Source: Octopus vulgaris (Eukaryota). Taken from it: a stretch of DNA of 64,000 nt. Positions 24,606-38,476 of the stretch are shown here, piece after piece. How positions within the stretch are numbered: position 1 is the first letter of the stretch; every line of letters starts with the position of its first letter. Under the pieces are notes generated by a model, which had not been told where the DNA came from, did no database searches, and saw only the letters and a program-made list of their open reading frames with translations. A program made the position numbers and the translations under genes. Where the stretch lies: contig OX597815.1 in assembly GCA_951406725.2 (NCBI GenBank), positions 146,692,001 to 146,756,000 of the forward strand. The letters are read 5' to 3'.

Positions 24606-24839
24606 CAGTAATCCCACGCCATGTCGCAATTCAACTATAATAAATAGATACAAATTATAAAAATAATGAAAAGATATATATATAAACTTAGATAAACTTA
24701 GTTATGTTTCGACCAAAGATTGGTCCAGGCCATGTCTAACTTAATAATACAGTATTGTTTCCACTTCACGGATTTTCACGTAAAGTGAGGTGTTTGGAAA
24801 ATATGAACGTACCACACGCGATAGTCGAAAGATTACCAT
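24604..24839. mobile_element. Tigger/pogo-like MITE, decayed
   Basis: ta-cagtaatcccacgccatgtcgc ... gcgatagtcgaaagattacca imperfect terminal inverted repeats. Confidence 0.55.
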
Positions 24840-24845
24840 TTCTAT

Positions 24846-24929
<84 letters not shown>

Positions 24930-24961
24930 ATCTATATATATATATATATATATATACTTTA

Positions 24962-25037
<76 letters not shown>

Positions 25038-25161
25038 ATGACATTCTGTCTCCTCTAACGAACGAAACTAGATTGCTGGATCTAAAAGTAAGCGTGAAAT
25101 GTGCAATTTCCATAGCCAACGCCTTGGCTATGCTGTCCCAGCACATCGTCAGCGCTCTATA

Positions 25162-25348
25162 AATTTTGGAGCAGTGGCTAATTGATTACATGGACTCCAG
25201 CACTCAACTGGTATTTATTTTCATCGACCCTGAAGGATGAAAGTCAAACTCGATCCCGGGAGAATTTGAACTCGGAACATAATGACAGATGAATTGCCGC
25301 TATGCATTTTGACCCGCGTGCGTGCGATTCTGCCAGCTCGTCACCTTA
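25162..25348 (-). mobile_element. SINE family B
   Basis: gattctgccagctcgtcacctt head; caactggtatttattttcatcgaccc body. Confidence 0.82.
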
Positions 25349-25562
25349 AGTATAATTAAAATTAAAATGCAAATGATAATATTACTAATAATATATACAT
25401 TATCTATCTATCAATATATATATAACTATATTCCTATCTATCTTTCTATATATAACTATATTTCTATCTATCTATATCTATTACGGAGATTTGCTTGCAT
25501 ACCAGGTGACGTGATCTGTGATCGTGTGCTGAAACAAGAACAATTGCAACGTAGAAGCTCCT

Positions 25563-25806
25563 TATAAGCTATTTAAAAACAAACAAAACTCATAGGTTCA
25601 CTTCAACATTTAAGTTAAATATTTTCACCATTGAAATTAAATTTGTCAAAATATTTTCGCGATCTGATCCCTGACAAAATTCCGTGGAGCACAGAATTTT
25701 GTCAATGAACAAGTCACGGTTTCAAAACGACAGAAGTATTTTAACAAATTCAATTTAAATGTTGAAGGGAACCTAATGGTTTTTCTGTGTTTTATATGGC
25801 CTGTAT
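25563..25806. mobile_element. Palindromic (hairpin) MITE-like element
   Basis: Nested inverted pairs taggttcacttcaacatttaa/ttaaatgttgaagggaaccta, aatttgtcaaaata/tattttaacaaatt and tgacaaaattccgtg/cacagaattttgtca. Confidence 0.8.
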
Positions 25807-25814
25807 GGCCTGTA

Positions 25815-25859
<45 letters not shown>

Positions 25860-26109
25860 GTATAAAATTTTATGTAATATCATTATAAAATTTGCAAATT
25901 AAATAATAGAACAATAGATCATTATTAACAATAATAGTAATAATCATGTGAGTAGTAGTGGTAGTAATAGTGATAATGATGATAATAATCGTAGCAAAAT
26001 ACTGTAAACATACTCTAAATAAGCTGATACAAAATATACTACCATTCAATATCCCGTTTTATTCTACGGCAATCACTCGCCATGCTTGCCTGATACATCC
26101 CCAAGTTTT

Positions 26110-26280
26110 TTGTTTTAAATTTCTGTCTGTTTATTTTCTCTTATTCCTATCTGTTGAAGAGCGTAGTAGGCTCGAAACATAAAATACTTTCTCAATTCCC
26201 TGATCGTCAAACTAATACACCTGCCTCTTGTTCATACACCTGTCTTCGTCTTTGTTTTTGTGTAAACTTCTACTATTTAT
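26110..26280 (+). mobile_element. Short hammerhead-bearing non-autonomous element (CUGUUGA core variant)
   Basis: CTGTTGA-a-gagc-gtagtag-gctc-GAAA-cata; downstream sequence homologous to 35255-35440; (TA)n tail. Confidence 0.7.
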
Positions 26281-26297
26281 ATATATATATATATAAC

Positions 26298-26345
<48 letters not shown>

Positions 26346-26356
26346 ATGGTTTCACA

Positions 26357-26540
26357 TTTTGGGAAGGGGAAATCGATATACATTGATCCCAGTGCTCACC
26401 CGGTTTTTATTTCATCTACTTCGAAAGGATAAAAGGCGAAATCGACTGCGACAGAATTCGAACTCAGAACGTAAATGCGGACAAAATGCTACGAAGCATT
26501 TTACCCGCGTGCCGACTTTTCTCCGAGTTCGAACACTTCA
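26357..26540 (-). mobile_element. SINE family B, decayed
   Basis: gaattcgaactcagaacgtaaa...gcattttacccgcgtgc. Confidence 0.7.
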
Positions 26541-26599
26541 CATCCATGTGTTATATATATATATCTTTAAACCCAATTGTCTAATATGTCTAAACATCC

Positions 26600-27019
26600 A
26601 ATGAAAAATCTCTATGCATTCGATACCAAACACCCAGTATCATTGACACTTCATGCCTGGTATGAACTTAATATGTCAAGATTCCATTGGTCATTCCATT
26701 TTCATCTAGGCTGTAGAACAGAAAGATTTAAACTTCATATCATTTCAGATTGGAAGTTTATTGTATGTAATCACGTAATGGGTATGTCTAAATATGCATC
26801 TGTTCCTTTAGCATCTCAAATTTTAAGATATCATTATGATATTGTATACTGACCAACTCTCTTCCCGAAACTTAGAGTGGATTTTACTTTTTATCCACTA
26901 CAAGATCAGTATTTCTTGTCACTAATGTTCTGTACTAGTAAATCCCTCCACGAACAATTAGTCCCAATGTAAAAAGGGCTCTATATGACAACTTCGCTTT
27001 GGAAAATGTTTGGAGAAAG
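26600..27019 (-). pseudogene. REJ middle exon remnant
   Basis: LIVRGGIY*YRTLVTRN; LRC*RNRC...YNKLPI*NDMKFKSFCST...ES*HI (compare I.C..NC...NP...L...C..C....Y.W). Confidence 0.5.
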
Positions 27020-27529
27020 CTACATGGTAAGTACACATCTTCAGTCAACATCATGATCTCAACTTAACCCATTTTTAAACAGCCTTTAACTAGATGATAA
27101 CTAAATCATAACTTCAACCACCATCATTTACACCTACCTACATCTGAACTTAATCTGATATCAACTACTTTTACCGCAGCTTCATTCGACAATGTAAATT
27201 TAATGTGTACCACTATTAGAATCCCCAACACCTACACCATAACCTAAATCTGCATCTTCAATCTTCTCAACATCTCTATGTTACATGAAGTCTTCAAACT
27301 GCACGACTCCTTTAGTATACGCCTCTTACAACATAGCGTCAGCCTACACTGTAAATTTAATGTATAAAGCTTCAAACTACACCACAAAATTAACCAACAT
27401 CTCTAACGTCATATCTCCAAGTAACAGCTCTTATAACGCTATTTCAATCTACACTAGTACTTTTACATACAAACAACTAAACTTAAAACGCAACTCCTTC
27501 AACTTACTCTACAAACTCAGTATCCACCA

Positions 27530-28082
27530 TTTTGCATAGGAGAAGTTATCCTATGCTGAAAATTGTCCATAGGTAAGTTTCAGAGGTCCAAAAAGCATCC
27601 AATGTATATATTTAAGAGATTTTACTCTTCTATCGCCAGTTCATATCTTCGTAAAGGTGCACAAGAAATTATATATACGAGTGACAAGGAGTCTGTTTAA
27701 TCAACGTGCGGCCTGTAATAGCATACTGTTTCTCCCTCCCTCCCCCTCCCTCTCTTTCTCTGTCTCTCTCTCTGTCCAATTCAACTTGAAAAACTCGAAT
27801 ATTCAGCATCAGACCATTAAACAGTTTTGTCATTTGATCGCCAACCACACTTTATTCCTTCGCTCTGCATGTGACTATCAAGTAAACAATATCATTTACA
27901 GTATTCCATTGCTAGATATCTTACTCGGCAGCAGAAATAAATGCCATCGTTGAAATATATTAACAATGTGAATAAATTTGATAATAAAACAGAATTGAAG
28001 AAGAGATTTGCTGATAAATTAGGGATGATAACATATATCCTATCATTATTCGATCTTGATATTCTTCATCGCAATATATACT
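27530..28082 (-). pseudogene. REJ N-terminal exon remnants (27925-28082 and 27530-27712)
   Basis: EYILR*RISRSNN...FNDGIYF; GRTLIKQTP...IYTLDAFWTSETY (compare I.LDAS.S.DPD); AG acceptors on both. Confidence 0.5.
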
Positions 28083-28775
28083 CTATATAGTTAGCATCAA
28101 ACGATCTTTTATATGAACTGAGATTACTGCATGTAATATGGTAACAGAGATAAACGACTAAGTCAGGATCATGACTCGCTTCTTATCTACTCTCATTATA
28201 CTTCATTTACTCTACATGTCCTTCGAAAAATATGAGCATCACATTAATATATGGAATATAAAATTCCGTAGTCTGTTAATAATAACTAGGCAGCATCCTT
28301 CGTCGTTTGACCCATTAGCGTTGTTTTATTGCCAACGGAGAGATTCACATACGTTATCTCAATAGTTGCTGATCAAATACACATACAGTGTATAATATAT
28401 CTCTGAGTTTAATATACTGCTCCTATTACAGACTTGTTGCTTTTAAAATTACATTATCCAATATGACCATCTTCTAAGAGAGCAAGTTACTAATTCTGAT
28501 AACTCCAATGAAGGACTACGAACTCAGTAGTCATTAGATTGTCTCAGTAAAAATTTTAATAAACAGTTGTCTTCTATTCTGCTACAGTATACAGTAGACT
28601 AAATTGGATTTGAACTCGGATGAGTAAATCAATTATCTTTTGAATCTTCATAGTTTTCTCACCATTACTGAGAAACAGATCTCTGTACACAACACACAGG
28701 AGATTTTGCTCAAATATTACTAATTTACTAATTCAGTTACAGTGCTAAGAACGAGATAACATCATAATCTCTTAC

Positions 28776-29873
28776 CTTTGTGAAAAGGCTTTTCATATAA
28801 TAATTCATAAGACAAAACTGTAACATTTATTAGTAAGGTTAAGTATATCTTCCGAGGTTATATATCGGCTGTTAGAAAATTAACTCTTCCTTTCAATATC
28901 TTTAGAATTATATTCCGTCTAATCCTCCCCGCCACCATCCCCACCATCACAAAATGCACTCCTCTTTGGTATCTTAGTAATTACACTCTCGTACATCATG
29001 GACTCTTTTGGGGATATCATTCTTCAGTTTACATATTCACTGTAATATATGTTATATCGTTTCTTACTTTTTATCTTTATTTTTTATTCTTTTACCAATA
29101 ATATTCTTCACTATAATATGCGTTTCTTAAAACGCTATACTATACTAGGGTAATCTGCTAAATAATATTGCGCATGTTTTAGTAACAGAGGAATGAGAAA
29201 ACAACTGGACTCCAATGATATTTATTCAATTCACTCCAACAGAAAATTACATAAATGCTTGATCGATAAATACTGTACTCTTAGCTTATCAACAGTAAGG
29301 CGGGTAAAACTAAACTGGTGATTATCCTCCAGTGGATATATCAATGAAATACTATTATCTTCAGTATAATGTAGATACAGTATACTTTATCATCCACCAA
29401 CCCTCCAATGTAACATCATACACTTCTGCCATCTTGAAAGAAAAGTAGCATTCAGATTCGGTTATAACGTTTATCTCTCGATATTCTCCATATGCGTTAG
29501 ATTTCCGTATGTAACCTTTGAAGATAAAACTTGAAATTGATCCGAAGAGAGTTTAGAAACAATTTTCACTGTTAGAGTGAACTTCATCGACATGTTTGAA
29601 TAATGCACATATGTCGGTAATATATGCGCGGTGAATGAGGGGTTGGAATAAAGTAACTGAACGGTGTGTAACTCTTGAGAAACAAGGGTAGCTTCTATGA
29701 GCGTTTTCTAGGTATCTAAGACTGATATAATAATGGAAGGATAAATAGATGAAACTGTTTTTTGATCTGAAGCGAGAGGGCGGGAATGCTTATACGAGAG
29801 AGAAAATTGTTAAAAACAGACACTGCAGAGTCAGTGGAGTTACACTGAACGACAAAATAAAGAGTTAAAGTGT
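28776..29873 (-). pseudogene. PKD-repeat-like exon remnants (28776-28868 and 29251-29873)
   Basis: 93-nt exon ttttctaacAG...AAG|GTAAGA with one stop; long broken frames including YFSFKMAEVYDVTLEG. Confidence 0.45.
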
Positions 29874-30894
29874 CTGGAAGTAATGAACACACATATAAAC
29901 ATATGTAATTTCCAATTATCTCTATCAGAAAAAGGATATAATCAATATACAAAATTTGTTGGTTTGTAATAAGTTCAGAACATGTCTATAATCCATTAAT
30001 ATATTTTCATTTATGTATTCCATTAATCAAGAGTTTTGGTCGTTCTAAAAGTTTGCATTTGCAATAAAAAAATTTCCGCTCAGAAAAATTGCTTTGCAGT
30101 ATTTATTCCAGCTCATAACATTGAGAAATTAAATTCTGCTTTGGATGCTGATTGATGATTAAAATGAAGGGCCAATCATGTGATAGTGTTTTAAAAATTC
30201 TAGCACCGCCACTAAATTGTTAGTTATGTACATTAATTAAAAAATATAATTATTTGCAGTAGTAGCATTAACATTAATTAATTTATTAATATGCTTCATA
30301 ATTATTTTACTACAATTATCATTTAGATAAAATATACATGCGGTGTGGTGAACATGATAATTGATAATACAGGAAACTAGTTCCATCCGATTTCCCTCAA
30401 TTATTTTGAAAAACACAAAGATAATTATACGACGGCCGAGTTTCTTAAGAAGTGCGTTTATATAACACTAGTTCATTTGGATATCAAACAAATTCCACTA
30501 ACGGAACTTTGCTTTCGGGTTTGATTAGCATTTGCTAGAACACCAATTAATCTATTTCTGTAAACTTCCTTTTAAATTCCAATAAATGTATAAGCTTGGG
30601 CATAAAATTTGTTTACAGGAACTCTATAATATTAGGGCGTTCAATTAAAAAGTTCCGGTTCAAGAAATGAATTGCGTTACCTGCTTTGTGAAATTATGAA
30701 TATTCAGTTTAATTTCAATGAACTTCTTCTCACTGTTATATAACTATGATTTAAAGAAAATTATACTTGGTAAGGATACCCCTACAGATATTCTATAGAA
30801 TTTATAGCCAGATTGATTTTTTGTTACGACTTTGCGCATAAGAGACGTGAGATGTAAACGAACAATGAGATCGATTATGAAAAATGATTAACAG

Positions 30895-30938
30895 GCATAT
30901 ATGCCATATTTCGGGGTTGCTGCCCCTTCATCAGCACC
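30895..30938 (-). ncRNA. Minimal type I hammerhead ribozyme motif
   Basis: ggtg-CTGATGA-a-gggg-cagcaa-cccc-GAAA-tatg-g-cata-TA-tgcc; intact core, 4-bp GC stem II, near-palindromic stem III, weak stem I. Confidence 0.72.
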
Positions 30939-31363
30939 ATCTAACACTTTAATCATCCCCAAATACATTGATTAAATAACCACTATATACAGCCGTGTGT
31001 GGTTATTGGATATACCAATTTTACAAATTACATACATTCCTGGCAGCTGGTATGTAAATACTAATGACTTGTAAGTACGCGGTATTTTGTTGCGCAACCA
31101 TTAAAATGCTATGAAGTATATGGATTTTTCCCCTGCATATTTTCCGATGTTTTCATATTTCATTTCGGTGTTCATAAAGATTGTTATAGATCAATTAGCT
31201 GAAGAGTTTTTCATTTGTCTTGCTCGCTTACGTTCTGGCGTTTGCTGAATTTTCTTGAGAACAATATTTTCTAAGTGTTCAGACCATATAGGGCTTCTCT
31301 CTAGCAGAATGGCTGTCCACTTAGTGGTCACCCCCCTTATATGTATGTAATTATATATTATAA

Positions 31364-31400
<37 letters not shown>

Positions 31401-31789
31401 AGATAGATAGATGAATAGAGAGAGAAAGAAGAGAGAGAGAGAGAGAGAGAGAGAGATCAATGGTGTATATGCAATATACGTGAACATTCCACTAGCAGTA
31501 TTCGTGCAAGCCCATGCATATTTCTATAATAGTTTCTAAGTGTTTGGTTAGATATACGACAGATAGGAAGTTAGTAAGGATAGATGCAAGTCGACATTCG
31601 ATAATCGCTAGAATGTCCAAACTAGAATTATGTGTTTTGACAGTTTAAGTGCGTAATGGATAAGTTTATAAGTTTCTGGGATTCTTCAGTGAAAGTGTTC
31701 CTATTAAAATACAGATATCTCACTCACAATGCAGAATCACGAATTGATAGGCACAGTAATGATATATAGTGACGTGTATCGCTTATATT

Positions 31790-33163
<1,374 letters not shown>

Positions 33164-33790
33164 CTTAAATGAGAAGAATTCTAATAAAATCAAATATTAA
33201 ATAAAATTCATTGTGAATTAAATGAAAATGTCAACTTTGTATATTATGCACAAATATGTTGGGAGAAGTTAGAATGTGTGTAATATTTACATATGTAGAA
33301 TTTTTTCTGGACCCAGCAATCATTGTATCCGGAGTTCAACCACAGTGAGTGGTGTTTGGAGACGGACTTTTTGATATTGATTTGGTACAGCACAAGATTT
33401 TATTTGTGTGGTGGCAAAACCGAATTAAACATTGTGGTCGAATGAATTACACGTGGCATTTAAAACTGCTGTTTCTATCATCGCAGTAGATACTACGCAA
33501 TGTGAGGATTTACGCTTATATTTAACGTGTATAATACGTAGAGCGTTTTTGCGGGCTTCGAGGTTTATGAAATAGCAAGAAAAAATTGCAACAAACCTAT
33601 CAACTATATCGTGACTACAAATTCAAGAATAGAAATACAAATCTGTAAAATCGATAAGCATGTAATATATTGTTTTTGTATTTCCTAAAATTATGTGAGA
33701 GATTAGAAAGTAATAAAAATATAATTATATACACTTCTATATTTTAACTATATGCATATATACATATGTATGTATGGACGAATATATGTA

Positions 33791-33859
<69 letters not shown>

Positions 33860-35201
33860 TTGTGTGTGTATATATATATATATATAGATATAGATATATA
33901 TATATATATATACTACACACACACACGCACACACTCACACACATATATACACTATGCACATATAAATGTTATGTTGATGTGTGAAACAAGGTGGTAACGT
34001 TAATTAAACTTGTGTGTTGATTAAATATTGATTAAATACCGAATTAGGTTATAATTCATCACTGACGCTGCTAACGTGTGTAATGTACGAGAGCCAAGAT
34101 AATGTAATATTGGCTAATTCGGATTTCGCTATCAGTCTGGTGTATAATCTAAAAAAAAGTACAAGCTGTGAAGAGGTTTATACATTTGCTAAAATCATGA
34201 TATTGGTGGCGATCTACGTCTAAGAATCTTTGAGAAGTATACTGCTGCGATAAACTGTTAATTACTTGCGTTTGTTTGACTGTATATTGTACGTAATGTA
34301 AGTAGCGCATATATGTATACACACACACACATTTGTGCATTAACAACGCTGCTAATCTGCTAATGCTTCCATGTGGAAAACACTTCCAAAATCATACATA
34401 CACACACACGCATACACGCACACAAGCACATATACATACAAAAATAAGTGTGTGTTGAGCGTGTGGTGTGTATGTGTGTATGTGGTGCGTGTGATGTGTG
34501 TGTGTTTGTGTGTATGGATGTGTGTTCTCGAGCGTGGGCGCATGAGCAGTGAGTCATGATGCCGAATTCCAATGGTCTGAAAAGTCGCGTATTAATGTAT
34601 ATAGGCTTACTCCTCACTTCCCCGAATTTGTGGGCATGTACCAAACTTTGAACCGATATTGATTTTAATAAATAGCTGCAGTTACTTATCTCCCTTGCCT
34701 GCAAAAGTTTCTTCATATGGTTGGCATAAATAAATAGTTTTTAATTCGATTGATTTGTGCAAGTTAGTATATAAAAGGCAACAAAAATATTCGCTAATGA
34801 GAGAACTTTCCGCTTCCCCTTGTATTCAATATAGTATCGCAATTTAAAATTTCTTTCATCATAATTATTACGATTGTTAATATTGCAGCAAAGGCTGCTC
34901 TACCGATGTGTACATTACATTACAAATCAGAGAGAAAGAAGATAACTACTGAAAACTGTTTAGAAACTTCAAGCTTTTATATCCATAATATAAATACACA
35001 TTTCTGTGTAAATGCCGAAGTGTCGCTCTACATAATCTAGGGTTTTTCTAAAAGAAAATCGTCCAACTAACACGTACATTAGAAACACAATTTGTAAGTC
35101 AGATTACAGCAGTATTCAAATCTTTCCCCATGTTTAAAACGTGACATTTTTTATAATCTACATTCCAACTATGGAATCATTGTTAGGAACCGTATTCTTC
35201 T

Positions 35202-35254
<53 letters not shown>

Positions 35255-35440
35255 CGGGAAGCTTTATGAAAATAAACAAAAGACGAAGGCAGGTGGAAAA
35301 CAAACGAACAATTGTATTAGTATGGCGCTCAGGAAATATAAATAAAACAAGTCTTTAACGTTTCGAGCCTACGCTCTTCAACAGAAAGATACACAGAGAG
35401 AGAAAAACACAGAAAGAAGGAGAGAAAAAAAATGCGTGCA
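35255..35440 (-). mobile_element. Short hammerhead-bearing element (CUGUUGA core)
   Basis: tcttt-CTGTTGA-a-gagc-gtag-gctc-GAAA-cg-TT-aaaga at 35352-35389; (TA)n tail. Confidence 0.75.
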
Positions 35441-35504
35441 GTAGCTAACGAATCAACATGGCGATCTAAGTGTGTGTGTATGTGTGTGTGTGTATGTGTG
35501 TGTA

Positions 35505-35700
35505 TAACTGAACTTCGCCCGTTGGTAATTTCTTCTCCTTCTTTGGACTTTTCCCTTCCTCCTTTCCGACGAAGAGGTATGCTCGAAACATTATACTCTC
35601 TCCTTCCACCGAGCATCAGGGGAATATACTTCTTGTTCACATTCTGACATTTGTTGATTCTCGTTTCTGTATTTGTATCCTTTTATTTGAACTGACTATA
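35505..35700 (+). mobile_element. Related hammerhead-bearing element (CCGACGA core)
   Basis: CCGACGA-a-gag-gtatg-ctc-GAAA-catt at 35566; similar T-rich body and (TA)n tail. Confidence 0.55.
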
Positions 35701-35716
35701 TATATATATGTATATA

Positions 35717-35779
<63 letters not shown>

Positions 35780-35807
35780 CATACTTATATATATATACAC
35801 ATATATA

Positions 35808-36204
35808 TTCTTTTAGTATTTTATTCTTTTATTTGTTTCAGTCGTTTGACTACGCTCATGCTACACCAGCGCCTTTTAGTCGAAAATACTGAACGAAGGA
35901 CTTATTCTTTGTAAGCCTAGTATTTATTCTATCAGTCTCTTTGCCTAATCGCTAGAATACTGGACATAAACGCACAAACATCGGTTGTCAAGCGATGGTG
36001 GTGGGACAACTGCAGATACAGAAATATATACATATGTATATACGACGGGCTTCTCTCGGTTTCCATCTACCAAATTCACTCACAAGGCTCTGGTCGGCCT
36101 GAGGCTATAGTACAAAATACTTGATCAAGGTGCCACGCTGTGGGACTGAACCCGGAACCATGTGGTTGGGAAGAAAGCATCTTACCACACAGCCATGCCT
36201 GTCC
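35808..36204 (-). mobile_element. SINE family A
   Basis: Reverse complement matches 47523-47936 along its length. Confidence 0.88.
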
Positions 36205-36344
36205 TTATATGTTTAAATATATTTATACATACACACATACACACACACACACACTCACACACACATACATACACACACACACACAAACACACACACATAT
36301 ATATATATATATGTAAATAAGTAACAAGGATGTCCAGATATCAA

Positions 36345-37222
36345 TACATTACGGCCGTTTCGAGCAGTACCATTTAATCGATCAATGATAGCATTACATC
36401 AATTTGAAAGAAACAGCTCCCCTTAGAAGTAGATGATCAAACAAACTTCCAACATGAAGTATAGACCATTTTTAACAAACTTATATCGGTAACAGAAATC
36501 AAAATAATTACATCGTTTCCTTATGTTATATTTGTGGCAGAAAAAAAACTGCATATCTTATTAAGCCTACTATAATTTAGAGAGTAGCAGAGGAAAATAG
36601 AGGGGATCAAGAAAAATAGTGGCGAGAAAGCTTTTTATACTAAGAAGGTTTTATGATGCATGTAGTCTACAACAATTTAAAATTAAATATATTGGGAGTA
36701 GTCAACTGTGTTTCTAGTTGATGGTAATAAATCAAATAATGTCAGACAACCTCACAGACCCTTATTCTACTGAAACTATATATCTAGCTTTATCTACATA
36801 AAATGATATTCTCAGAACTACTAACAAGAGAATGATTGATGGGATAAAGGCGATATATGTAAGAAGGAAGGATAGGGTTGGCCAGTACTTATTTAGATTA
36901 TCAAATAAAAATATAATGAAAAAAGAAAATCAAAAGAGATCAGTAATATAAGCTCGAACGCTGGGATTTAGAATTTGGGGATACGGGATATAGTAATTCA
37001 TAACTTAGCGAATTTATTATAATAAATATACAAAGAATTATATAGGAAAAGGATTGAAATTAAACTTCCATAAACGCATTCTTCAAATATAAAATAAGGA
37101 AACAATGTAATTACTTTGGTTTCTTGTACTGATATACATTCTTAAAAATGGTTTATCCTTTATTATGGAAATCTCTCTGGTCATCTTTTTCTGAGGAGAG
37201 CGGTTTGTTTCAAAGTGATATA
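36345..37222. mobile_element. Old element bounded by inverted, hammerhead-like LTR arms
   Basis: Reverse complement of about 36400-36535 aligns to about 37085-37220 (ataaggaaac.atgtaatta; ttaaaaatggt.tat; ct.agg.gagc.gttt.tttcaaa.tgat). Confidence 0.62.
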
Positions 37223-37482
37223 TGCATATATATATTATTATTATTATTATATATATATATATACATGGACTTTTATACATGCAGGTACATATGTATATAT
37301 AAAGCATATATACCCATGCATATATGTATATATGCATAATACTTACAGACGCACACACATGTATATATACATATGTTTATAAATTTAAAATAACAAGGGT
37401 GAAAAATAGAATATTAATCTGATTAATATCAATTTAAAACAAGTGGTGTAGCATATTGAAAAATCTGAAGATTCAGAAAAAG

Positions 37483-37677
37483 TTATATTACATACATATA
37501 AGTGGGATGCCCACTAAGTGGACGTCCATTATGCTACAAGTAGATCCCTTATGGTGTTAACATTAAGAAAGGATTTTCTTGAGAACAATCCTTTTTAGTG
37601 GTAAGACCATAGGGGTCTACTTCTTACATAATGGATGTCCACTTAGTGGCCATCCCTCTTATATGTATGTAATATAC
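37483..37677. repeat. Palindromic element with about 70-bp inverted arms
   Basis: tattacatacatataagtgggatgcccactaagtggacgtccattatg...cataatggatgtccacttagtggccatccctcttatatgtatgtaata; half copy at 31248-31350. Confidence 0.85.
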
Positions 37678-37745
37678 ATATATATATTTAGAAATATATC
37701 TATATCTGCATATATGTAAGTATACATACACATACATACACACAC

Positions 37746-37799
<54 letters not shown>

Positions 37800-37899
37800 G
37801 TATATGCATTAGTATGTAATGTACACATACAAGTTTTCATGACAAAGATTTTTGTTACATTTTTAAAAGGAAAATCATCAACTTCAGTCTACATTATGC

Positions 37900-38267
37900 G
37901 ACGCTATATCTCAGTAAACCATCTTTATCGCATTCTTTCGTAGTAATGTTGGTTTAGATTTTAGCCTCAAGTTGAATTTCTGGTGTATTTTAAGAATTAA
38001 TTATATTAATTCTCTTGGTGTAACTAAAACTATATTCATTCTGTCATTCTGCAGCGACAAGTCTTCAAGGAATTTCAGAAATGTGATTTCTACAAGCTGC
38101 ATCAGTATGTAAATTCATTGCCATGAAAGATTGTATAGTTAAAGAAATTTCAAATTTCCTTTCGTTTTGCTCTTCTGTTACGGATTCTCTGTCGCCCGCT
38201 GTGTTTGCAGAAACAAATATTATGTAGTTTTACACCTCTCCCCACTCTCGCTTGTGCATGTGTATAA

Positions 38268-38347
<80 letters not shown>

Positions 38348-38418
38348 ATATATATATATGTATATATATATTGATAGAAATATGCATATTGCATTATATT
38401 TTCCTGATTTCAGTAGCT

Positions 38419-38476
<58 letters not shown>

